In this document: positions 10,501 through 20,400 of the stretch, in pieces | How positions within the stretch are numbered: the stretch's first letter is position 1 | Layout of the letters: each line of letters opens with the position of its first letter | NCBI GenBank assembly: GCA_963746645.1 | Contig: CAVVBQ010000005.1 | Location: forward strand, 1,864,279-1,928,278 | DNA length: 64,000 nt | Direction: 5' to 3' | Source of the DNA: an uncultured Solirubrobacterales bacterium | GTDB taxonomy: Bacteria; Actinomycetota; Thermoleophilia; Solirubrobacterales; Solirubrobacteraceae | The notes under the pieces: generated by a model | Database searches by the model: none | Told to the model about the DNA's origin: nothing | The model's input: the letters and a program-made list of their open reading frames with translations, nothing else | Translations under genes and position numbers: made by a program

Positions 10501-10673
10501 GCACCGTCAGACTGGTAATAAGGCCTGCCAAGGCGGGCAGACGTGCCCTGATTGGCTCGGCTCGGCTCAAGGTCTCGGTATCGATCACCTTCACGGCCTC
10601 AGGAGGTTCGACCCGCTCGACTGCCATAAAGGTCCCCATCGTGCGGCCGCGGAGACACGTTGGCGCTCGATGA
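7557..10673 (+). CDS. secreted PD40/TolB-like propeller + LCAT/PGAP1-like lipase fusion with basic C-terminal domain
   Basis: PVFSPDGRKIAY, PSWSPDGNTIAF, DVSPDG repeats; LFIPGFLGS, AHSYGG, GDETVP motifs; Gly-rich linker then K/R-rich beta domain. Confidence 0.8.
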   Translation: MGAGSRTVQRSTRMLALLLLTLAALALLAGEAAAEYQGTPGKIVYVDGGGGIASKFPLKLWDPGLATPSEPNKGIKILEEETFHYQTGPDEVILGQASTPVFSPDGRKIAYSKIEQDDGWPDEVVGYHTAIWVANADGSEPKQITFPAEAVIPPPECNPCNGHSVADYMPSWSPDGNTIAFVRSVQAGEIDSMYSQRGINIWTASAKGGGETQLTTGEDRIYLSDVWSKRGIVTAYDEPNEEGQVLGLLSSGGGEPSMIADPKVVTDFDVSPDGEHVTYSTRTGTGFDDHVVNVEGGEDEILAEGLPTVLTRYSNTGNGILHDDCDQVEVAGKMTKRCGIFEEHTPDPEGDIRSDEPRDRFELGWIDSGGVNYDGGGFSRSLWDVQAQQLPVLFIPGFLGSEIKACGSTAWFNYGHLNEMSLASDGQTNAVCSDAAPTGELISPFAYREIAKWIKETFGASNTRFNCERANVLGWDWRKAPQPNFEALNTKITEALQKDKCATEEGAKRVVIMAHSYGGLLTRAFVEKPEYAKRVARVVTVGTPYWGSPKAIFPSAYGIELPGSFLNHFFIKEELKDFSHNLAGLMQLFPSPSFGPWLSLDGAAAIGGRSVSSFLGSLGNSTTLFQAAQTNHESIYDHFFTNYDWIDYRVVVGTGVLTPGSISIEGGPGDESTVHLGVTNGDETVPAKSATMGQMGSQPSDPGVHIQDIGHITHMKEAESQPVENDYLEYLDFGRTPRKTEGSASASGSLTRIYSGTLGEPKPQAVLPATVARGTRARATGSVHAATQVSEPLSLEEAAENDQIDLFEFPGETQFLANSFEPVTIAGTANGLKLTVTEMTEEGALVTLAYGPLDGQVQIATGEEGTEVLQNGTPVIGTVVEGEEPQPKLGGGSSGGGGSGGGGPGPGGAHSPGSVALSALFKVARVKTDSHGNITLSLLAPGAGIFRARSTTAVPRRSSGTRASRTHTVLYGTATGKASRAGTVRLVIRPAKAGRRALIGSARLKVSVSITFTASGGSTRSTAIKVPIVRPRRHVGAR

Positions 10674-11367
10674 GGATTTGCTTGGCAGTGCCCGCCGGCG
10701 GGACCTGGGCGAGGCCGATAAGAGCGACGAATCCGAGTCGGTGCCGCCGATCGAGGCCATAGCATCGAACCAGCCGATGGCTATACCCTCCGCCAGTGCC
10801 ACTCCCGCTCACTCCGGGAAGGTTCGCTGGCCGCCGGCTTGGCTTACGAACGTTGGCGTCGTCATCGGCCTTGGCCTCATCGTGCTCCTTTCCTCAATGG
10901 CGATCGGAGCCGCGGCGACATCGATGACTGAACACGGAGTCTCGGTGGGCGATTTCCAGTTCGCCGGGACTTCTGCCAAGGCCGAACTGGCCTACAACCA
11001 ACTCGGTCAGAATGGTCGCCGCTCCGCCTGGTGGTTTCTCGCGTTTGAGCTTCCCTTCCTCGTCGGTTACGGTCTACTGCTCTGCGCAGGCTGCGCCTTC
11101 GCTGCCCGCCAGCTCGCGGCGGCGGGGGCCGAACGTCTCGCGCGCCTTGCCCGTTTTAGCGTGGTCTTCGGTTTGCTCGCCGCCGGCTCCGATCTGATTC
11201 AGAACTCGGCCCTTGCAATCAACCTCATGGGCCACTTCGCCCAGCCTGCCCCCCGCATTGCCGAGGTATTCGGTGATCTCATCTGGGTCTTCGGCATCTC
11301 TGCTGGGTTCGTCTTCGTCGCAGGGTGGATCTTCGCGGCGCTCCGGTCCAGGCAAGTGGCGCCCTAA
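10660..11367 (+). CDS. hypothetical integral membrane protein
   Basis: About 4-5 hydrophobic segments; TTG start overlaps upstream stop (alternative ATG 10777). Confidence 0.6.
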   Translation: MALDEDLLGSARRRDLGEADKSDESESVPPIEAIASNQPMAIPSASATPAHSGKVRWPPAWLTNVGVVIGLGLIVLLSSMAIGAAATSMTEHGVSVGDFQFAGTSAKAELAYNQLGQNGRRSAWWFLAFELPFLVGYGLLLCAGCAFAARQLAAAGAERLARLARFSVVFGLLAAGSDLIQNSALAINLMGHFAQPAPRIAEVFGDLIWVFGISAGFVFVAGWIFAALRSRQVAP

Positions 11368-11379
11368 TAAAATCAGCCT

Positions 11380-11416
11380 AGTGCCGTGCGGCGAGCTTCC
11401 GACGCGGCACGGCACT
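11380..11416. terminator. putative bidirectional terminator hairpin
   Basis: AGTGCCGTGC (11380-11389) / GCACGGCACT (11407-11416) between convergent genes. Confidence 0.6.
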
Positions 11417-11444
11417 CAAGGGTTGAAAGGACACGCTTTCCATC

Positions 11445-14400
11445 TCAAGGCGCTACCGGCAACGGCTCTATCGGAAGCCCTCCGGGTCCTCGAGGTCCTC
11501 TGAATTCTGGAGGTTCAGGAAGGGATACACAGAATGGTCCAGCCTTGACTTCACCAATGTAACAGTGCTTATTCGGAGCAGTTATGGTTTTGTAAATAGT
11601 GCCAATAGTTTTTTTGACCGCTTTCCAGACTTTTTTTCTCAATTTTTTTAGGATGACGTTTTCGCTGCAACCTTGGTTTGAGGAGCCTTGCGTTTCAAGC
11701 CAATTGTCCGGGTCTGTCAGAGATTCGCAGACAGGAGGCGGTGAAGAGTTTTGTCCAAGCTGGCTGCCTGTTTCGGGAGCCAGCATCACCGCGTCACTCA
11801 GACTAGCTTCCTGGTGCCAGGCTACATATTCGTATTCCCCTTCTTCTTCTTCCCATTCTTCCCATTCGGCTCCAAAGTCGGTGTAGCCCATCGATATGAG
11901 GAGCATTTCCAGGGCCTCCGCTTCAGCCGCTGCCCTCGCGGCTGCTTCTTCGGACGCTACGCGGGTCGCAGTAGCAGCGCCTTCTTCGGATATGACCCCC
12001 GCGATCGTCGCTGAGAGTGTGATGTCGTACTGACCCGATAGATCGTTTTCACCCACGGGGTCTCCGTGGGTATATCCATAGGGGTTTGTAGACCCCCCGG
12101 GCACTGGGTCTGGCTGCAGGAAGCGCCCGACCTGGGGCACATACGACCGCAGACCCATTGTCACCACTCCCGAAGGCAATTCGGTCGGCACATCGTGAGC
12201 ACCCAGCCACGAGTACTTTGGCGGCAAGCTCGTCCGTGGGACCCCGAACTCGGTGGTGCCGTTCTTGCTCAACAATTCAGTGGCGGTTTCACTGAGAAGC
12301 GCCGTCGCGACGATATCCCCATGGAGGTTCGCGAGCTGTAGCACCGGTGTTTCACCATTGTGCTGCACGGCGACCAGTTCACCGTTGATGCCGCTTATGT
12401 TGCGTTCCCATTTGCCGGAGGCTTCGCCAGACCAGTTCGGCATACCAACCCCGGAGCCGCCGTAGTGTGAGGTGGCCGTGGCCACGACTTTGCCGGTGAA
12501 GATCGTTTCCCGTGGCCTACCTTCAGGATCGAGCACATACCCAATCGTCTGACCACTTTGCGTTTGACTGGCCAGCTGATCGTTGACGTAGTAGGTGTTG
12601 ACGAGTTCGCTGCCTCCAGCATCAGCCGCCGGCAGTTTGGTGATGTTGCCAAACGTGTCGTAGGAGATCCCCGTGTCGGTCATCCTGTCTGCCCCGTCAT
12701 ACGTATGGGGCTGAGCGATGCCGCCTTCGGCAGCACAGGCCCCACCCACACCTGGTTCCCTGGTCGTCAGCGACAGCCGGTTCGTGTCAGCGTCATACGA
12801 GTAGATGCGGGTTGTACAACCTGCGCCTGTAGGCGTGTCCTGTGTCTGGCTCAGCCTGCCGACTCCGTCGTAAGTGTAGTTTTCCGAACCAAGGCTGCTC
12901 GTCTGCGCCAGTGCCTGCCCGTGGATCGACGGCGCCAGCACGTCGCTGTACCACGTACAGCCGCTCGAGCAGTGGGTGGTCTTGACATATTCCACTCGCT
13001 GCTTCTGGCCGGTAGGGGAATAGGTGTAGTTCGCCGACATCCCGTTGGGATACCCCTCAGCGACCATGTGGCCTTCGGTGTCGTAGGACCCGGTGAACGT
13101 GCCAGCCGCGCTGTCCACCAACGTAGTCAGGTATCCCGCGGTGGGGTCGTATTTATAGGTCTGTGTGCCCTTGCCATCGTTGGTCGTTTCCGTGCGGCCG
13201 TCTATGTCGTAGGTGTAGCTGGAGGTGTTTTCGTCCGCATCCGTGTACGCAGTGACTTGAGCGAGCTTGTTGATGATGCTCGTGAGGCTCTTCGTTTTCG
13301 CTTCGACCATCGTGCTTAGTTTTGTGAGCAGTCCAGTCGCCGAGTCGTATTCGTTGGTGACCTTCGGCAGAGCGGTCCCCACGGTGGAGGTGACTTCCTT
13401 TGTCGAAAGCCTTCCCGCCCCGTCATAGGTCATCGTGGTCGTTCGCGTCGTCGTGCCAACCGTGTCAACGGTAACCAGAGGCTGGTCCCAAATGTTGTAT
13501 TTCGCGGTCGTGACCGGCAGGCTCGGAAGGCCGCCTTCCGGCTGAGCGGCAGGCTGCGATTGACAAGACAACCCGACCCACTCGGCGTGTTCCCCGCAAC
13601 TCGGGTATTTCGAATTGGCGCCGGACGCGTAGTAGATCGTCTGGGTTCCGTGAGTTCCACCGTTGGAGATCACTTCTTTCCAGGTCCACTTCTCCAGTCG
13701 ACTGTTGCCGGTATCGAGGACGAACGCATTGTTGGTGCCATCGAGGGCAAGGCCAGCCGGCGTTTTCATTTGCGCAGCGCCGGTGCCGACCGTGCCGAAT
13801 TTGTACACGTAGCTGCCTCGCGAGGAGAAGGTCTGCACACGATTGTTCCCGCCGTCCGCGACGAGAATGTTGCCTTCGGCGTCCATGGCCAGGCCTTCGG
13901 GTTTCGACAGCTGCCCGTTCCCGCTGCCGAGTGAGCCAAACTGCCCCATGTAACTGCCTTCATGGCTGAACTCCTGGACCCGGTTGTTGCCGGTGTCAGC
14001 CACCCATACGTTCCCGGCTTTGTCGAGCGTCATGCCCTTGGGAGATTTCAGCTGGCCGTTCCCGGCACCGGAGGAGCCGAACCCTGCGACTTCGAGCAGG
14101 GTGGAGCCCGTTGGCGTCACCTCTTTTACGCGGCTATTGCCGGTTTCCAGCACATAAAAGGGGCCCGCTGCGCCGGATTCGCCGAACAACAATGCCGTAG
14201 GTGCTTTCAGCGGAAAGGCGAATTCAGTGGTTTCGTAGGTCTGGATGAACGTGCCTGCGCTGGTGAACGCCTCGATACGGTTGTTACCGGTATCGGCCAC
14301 CCAGACATGGCCTTCTTTGTCGATGGCGATGCCTTCTGGTTTTTTGAACTGCCCCGCGCTCCCGCCAACGGTCCCCCACTTGTTCATGTATTCACCAGAA

Positions 14401-17400
14401 GAGTTGAACTCCTCGACCCGGTTGTTTTCGGTGTCCGCCACCCAGAGGTGACCTTCTTTGTCTCTGGTTATCGCGCCTGGTTTGGACAGCTGACCGTTGC
14501 CGGTCCCCAGGGATCCATAGGCAGCCGCATAGGTGTAGGACATAGGCGCCACTTCGCCCGCCGCACCCGCTGCCGGGCTACGGGTTTCAGTGACCTCACC
14601 GGTGGCTGGGTCGTACTGGGTCGTGTGCACGAGTTTCAGGCCGCTTGGATCTGAGGTCACCGAGGTGGGCTTGTGCAGTAGCCACCCAAGTTTTCCCTGA
14701 CCGTTATAAGACGTCACGGTCGTGCGGATGTCTTCTTCTGGTTTTTCGACTATCTGTGCACCCTCTGTCATCTTCGTCACGAGCCGGTATGGGCCGCCTT
14801 CCGAAGGCGCTCCTTCGTCGTAGTGATACTGCACGTGCGCACGAGCCTGAACTTCGGTCCCACTGGGCAACTTGATCGTGTGCAGCGGCCCTAGAGTGCT
14901 GGTCAACTCCGTACCTTCGCTACCGTAGGTGCTCTGGGAGTCGAGCGTACGTGAGACTTCCGCCGATTTCGCGCCTTGGAGCGCCGTTTCTCGATTGTCT
15001 GGGCTGAGCGTCCTAACGACGTCGTTGAAAGAGTTGTATTCGGAGGTCGTTGTCCCGCCACCGGGCATGGCAGTGTTCACGAGCCGGTCGTTGCTATCCA
15101 GGTAGTACACGGCGGCGCGCCTGTAGTCGCTGGCGGGCGAGGTCTGCGGCTCATCCGGCGCGAAGATCGCGGTTGCGTCCGCGGGATCGTCTTCCTGGCC
15201 CCACGCAGCCACTTCCGAGCTACCCATCGCGTACGGAGCGCCGCTACCCTCGATCGGCACTTTGTAGGCGATCGTAGTCACCGCCGTGGTGCCTGTGCTC
15301 GGCGGGGAGGGGGCTTCGGTCTGAACGTTGCCGGCGGTGTCCTTCACGATCCTGTTGTTGGCGCAGTCATCGATGTATAGCGCGCCGGTCGCGTTGAAGG
15401 CGAGCCCAGCGGGGGATTTGAACTGACCTTCCCCGACTCCCACCGTGCCGAAAGTCGTCAGGAAAGCACCCGTCGTACTGAACTCCTCCACCCGGTTGTT
15501 GCCCCTGTCAGCTACGTACAGTGCCCCCGTTGCGGGATCCGTAGCTATGCCTTCCGGACCTTCGAACTGACCATTACCGACGCCTTTGGTGCCGAACTTT
15601 GCGATGAATTTGCCAGTACCGTCGAACTCCTGGACGCGATTGTTGCCCAAATCGGTGACGTAAGCGTTCCCGCCCGAGAACGCGATGAACATCGGTTCAG
15701 CGAATTCACCGTTGCCAGCGCCTTTTTTGCCGATTTCTCGGAGCAACGTGAACGTCGTGCCGCTCTGGGAGTACTCGTCGACGCGAGAGGTGGTGCTCGC
15801 CAGGTCGGCAACCCAAATGTTGCCGCTTGGATCGATCGCCACGCCATAGGGATGAATGATCTGACCTTTGCCGAATTCGGCGATGTATTTGCCAGACGGC
15901 GAGAACTCCTCGACACGCCCGTTTTTCTGATCGGAGACGTAAACGTTGCCGGTGCTCGGATTGACCGCGATGCCCGCCGGACCATCGAACTGACCGAGAC
16001 TCGTGCCAAGCGACCCGTAAGCGCCCAGATAGGCTCCGAACTGCGAGAACTTCTCGATACGGTTGTTCGAGGAATCCGTAACCCACAGGTTGCCCGTCGG
16101 GTCGACCGCGTCGGCTATCGGTTTGTTGAACTGACCGTTGCCAGAACCGAGGCTCCCGATCGCCATCCCGTAGTTCGGCGAGGGGGTCGGCCACCACTGC
16201 GACACGCGGTTGTTGCCGCTATCCATCGCCATGATTGTGCCGGTCGCCGACACGGCTACCCCCGTTGGGGTTTTCAGCTGCCCGGCGCCCGTTCCGACGG
16301 TGCCGAACTTCGCCACAAACGTTCCCGTGGCCGTGAACTGCTGTACACGGTTGTTGTTGTCGTCGGCCACGACCAGGTCCCCGCTCAACGGTTCGTACGC
16401 GATTCCCATCGGGCTCGAGAACTGCCCATTGCCCGTGCCAGAGGCTCCGAACTGAGTGAGGTACGCACCTTCAGCGGAGAACTCCTGCACCCGGTTGTTG
16501 CCCATGTCGGTCACGTATAGGTTGCCGCTCACGAACACGATGCCTCGCGGATTTTTCAGTTGGCCGTTTCCGGTCCCCGTTGAGGCGACCGTGCGCATGA
16601 ACGTGCCGGTGCTCGAGAACTCCTCCAAGCGATTGTTGCTGAAATCAGCCACCCAGACGTTACCTTCGGGATCCAGCGCCACACCGCTCGGCGCGCTCAA
16701 CTGGCCAGCACCCGAACCGCACCCGCCGAACGCCCGGATGAATGTTCCGGAGGGGGACATCTCCTCCACGCGGCACAGCCCCTGATCAGTGATGAAAAGG
16801 TTCCCGGTCGACTGTTCTATCGCCACCCCCCACGCGCCTTTGAACTGGCCGTTTTCGGTACCGGTCGACCCGACCGATTTCAGGTATTCGCCGGACGGCG
16901 AGAACTCCTCTACACGGTTGTTCGCTTCGTCTGTGACCCACAGGTTGCCGCTGGCGTTGAACGCCGCGCTCGTGGGCTGTTTGAACTGGCCGCCACCCGT
17001 ACCGACCGAGCCGAACTGGATCGTGCTCGTGGGCGTCAGGCCCGCCACCAGCGAGCTGGATGTGCTTGACACCGTCGTCGCCCCGTCCGCGTTGAACGCG
17101 GTCACCCGAGCCACAAGCTCATAGCCCGCATCAGCCACCGTCGGCAGATAGCTCTGGTTGCGAGCGCCGTAGATCAGCGAGCAGTTCGATTCCAGCAACC
17201 CGCACCGCTCCCATTGGTACGCATAACTCAACGGCGAATTGCTCCACGTACCGTTGGTGACACTGACCGATTTACCCAGCACCGGCGACAACGTAGACAG
17301 CGCGGGCGTCGCCGTGTTCGAAGGCGCCGCGCTTTCCCCGAGGGCGGCAGCAGCCGGCGGCCGACTGGCCGACACGAACCGTCCAGTGTTCGTGTCGCCG

Positions 17401-20400
17401 GCATTCGAGCCGTAGGCGAGCAGCCAGGGCTCCTGCCCAGGCGAAGAGACCGCGGTCACATGACCTGAAACGTCGTACCCATAGGTTGTCTTCAACGCCG
17501 GCGAGACACGTGGGTCCCACTCGGCCCGCAAACGACCCTGTGTGTCATACGAATACTGGACGATCGACGTGGTCGTCATTTTCGAGGACGCCGGGTCCCA
17601 GCCCGTGAAGCTCACTTTGGTCAAGCGCCCGTTGTAGTCGCCCCAGCCGCTCGGAGCTTCGCTCGAAGCAGTTGTGCTCGTCGCGTAGGTAAATGTCAAC
17701 TCACGACAACCCTTGTTCAGCGTCGGCGAGCACGAAACCCCACTAGGCACCGGCCCCAGCACCTTTTCGGGCTCGGTGATCCCGCCCACCGTTTTGAAGG
17801 CGAACGTCGTGACGTTGGTACCACCTGCACCTTCACTGATAGAGGGCACCCATACGCCGCCGGCACCGCCGGCGGGAATCGCGAAGGTTGTGGTCGACCC
17901 ACCGTTGACGAGCAGGTAGATCGTTTTGCCAGAGACGGTCTTTTCCGTCAGCACCAGTCCCGCATCCCCTGCTGGAGGATTGAATTTTCCAGATCCGGCG
18001 CTCGTAAAGATCGTCTGCCCGCCGCTCGGCCCGATCAGCAACATGCTCCCATTGGGCTGTTTGATGAGGCTCTCCTCGCCTCCGACGCTCATACCCCACT
18101 GCGGTCCGAGCGGCCCACTGGAGCCCGCCGTCAGATGACGAGAGAGGTATGTGCGACTCAGCGTCAGGTTCGTTGAACCGGCCGCCACCGAAACATCGTT
18201 GCTGCTGAGGCTCATCTCACCGGTAACGGGCTCAACCAAGCCAGGGCCGGCGGCAACGGGGCTCGCATGATGGACAGTCACCGTAATGTTTTCGCTCGCC
18301 ACGTTGCCGGCCTTGTCCGTCGCCACTACAGACAACGTGTGCTGTCCGGCGCCGAATTCTTCGCCGTTGATCGATACTTCCTTGCTGGTGGCCGTGCAGG
18401 GCCCGGGCGAGCAAGACCCAGACGAAGCTCCGATCGCCACGCCGTCCATCTGGAACGCTATCGATTCGATCCCTGAGCTTTCGATGCTCGAGCCGTCGGA
18501 GGCTGTCGCCCTAAGGCGGTAGTTGCTCTCTCCGATTTCATGGCTGGCCGGCAAACCGATCAGGGTGACATTGTGCGGGGCGGTGCTGTCCATCGAGACG
18601 GTGATGCTCGTCGATGCCGCCAATGTCGTGGCGTCCTCTACTTTCGCTTCGATCGTGTCTTTGCCATCGGGGAGCCCTTTAAGGCTGTACGGCAGAGGTT
18701 CTTTACCGCTGCTGTGCCCGGCTTCGCATTTCACTTCGTAGTTCCAACACTCGTCGCACTGCACCCCCTCGCAACCAGGCACCGCCGAGAACCCATGACC
18801 CCATGACACTTCTTGGGGAGAACTAAAGCTGTCGGCCGAGATGCCGATGCCTGGATCGTTGGCTATCAACCCAATCTCCGCCGTGTTCCCACTCGCCCAC
18901 CGGCCTGGGTAGGCCCCATTTGGAGAAGCGCCGAATACGGAATCGGTGGTGTCCACACTGACCGATGGACCTTTTTCCTGATTGATCTGCACACCCGCGC
19001 TTTCTAGCCTGCTCTCCCCGAACGAACCGGATTTCAGGGCTTCGACCTTGAAGATCACGGAGTTTTCTTCGTGCAGCGAGTTGACCGGTGCGACCGCGCA
19101 ACCGGCTTCGCCGCAGACTTTGACACCGGGGTAGTAGGTGGCTGCGGTTTTCGGAGGAAACGATTCTATTTTTTCTATTTCGCCATTGTTGCGCCGTAGT
19201 GAGAGAGACGTCGAGAGGGTCGGTTCGAACGAGTACTGTTCTTCGGTGACGTTCCCAACCACACCGTAGATGCGCGATTGGTGCTGGGTCCGATATTCGA
19301 CGTATCCGCTTTGGCCGGGGGTGTATTCCCCCGCCGCCTCGATGAACATGCAGCTGCAGCCTCCCGAGGTGAAGGTACTACTGCCACCGTATACCCAGTT
19401 GCCGGCCAAGCTCCCCATTTTGAGGAGCATCGCCGTGTCTTCGACAGTCGGGTCCACGACGATTGGGTAGCGGTACTTACCATCTCGGTACTTCACACTC
19501 AGACTCAGGACGTTGCCAGCCAGGCTGGTGGACACCGGAACAGACATCCCTGTCGCGTCCCGCGCCATGGGAGCCGGCACACCGGCGAGGGGGTGACCGT
19601 CCTCAACCACCTCTATCCGTCCGCCACCGTGGCCCGAGACCAATCTCGCGCCGGCCGGTACCGACAGTCTGAAGGACAGTTGGCTCGGAGAATCCTTTGA
19701 GCGCAGCATGGTGAAGCTCTCGAACCCGGTCGAGGTGGGCTTGACGAGCACGTCACTGTCGATCTGCGAGTTGGGGAACAAGACGGCTTGGCCGTCGAGC
19801 CTGCCGTCACTGACCAATGGGGACCCTGAAGCGTCGAGTGGCGTTAGCGACACCTTGCTGGCGGAGAGCTCAATGCCGTCACTGAGGCTCGTCGGTATGT
19901 CCACGGGGGTTGCGGGGTCCCGTGGCGTGAACCCCGAGCTGGTTCGCGCCAAGTTCAGATTGAGGGCGGCCTCGTCTCCCGGCCCGGTGGCAATCGGGGC
20001 TACCGATTCCACCACCGCGTGCTTGCCGCTGGACAGTTCGACCAAGGCGGTGTGCCGGCTAAGGTACCGGGAGATCCTCTCGTCCGCGGGGAGTGAGAGC
20101 GTGTCCGCCGTCCGCTCCACCACGCCAGGGAGCACTTCCTGCGTAAGCGTCGCAACGGAGCTGTCTCCCATCCGCGAGTAGGCAGTAAGAGATGCTTCGG
20201 TGATCGCACGGGATTGGGGGTCGGATAGCCGGATCGCTTCCTCGGCCTTCTGTTGTTCACCCGCTACCAGCACGTCGAGTTCCGGGATGACCAGCGATCC
20301 CGAGATCGGTCCGGCGCTGGGCGCCAGGAGCGCTTCTGGGTCCGCTTGGGCACCGGCGACGAAGCCGATCACCCCAGCGCAAGAGAACAGCACCAGCACG

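Noticed and set aside
13690-17030. Periodic DNA repeats (e.g. GGTTGTTGCC, AACTGACC) suggesting a CRISPR array
   Set aside because: They are in-frame NHL protein repeats with synonymous variation; no constant repeat-spacer structure or cas genes
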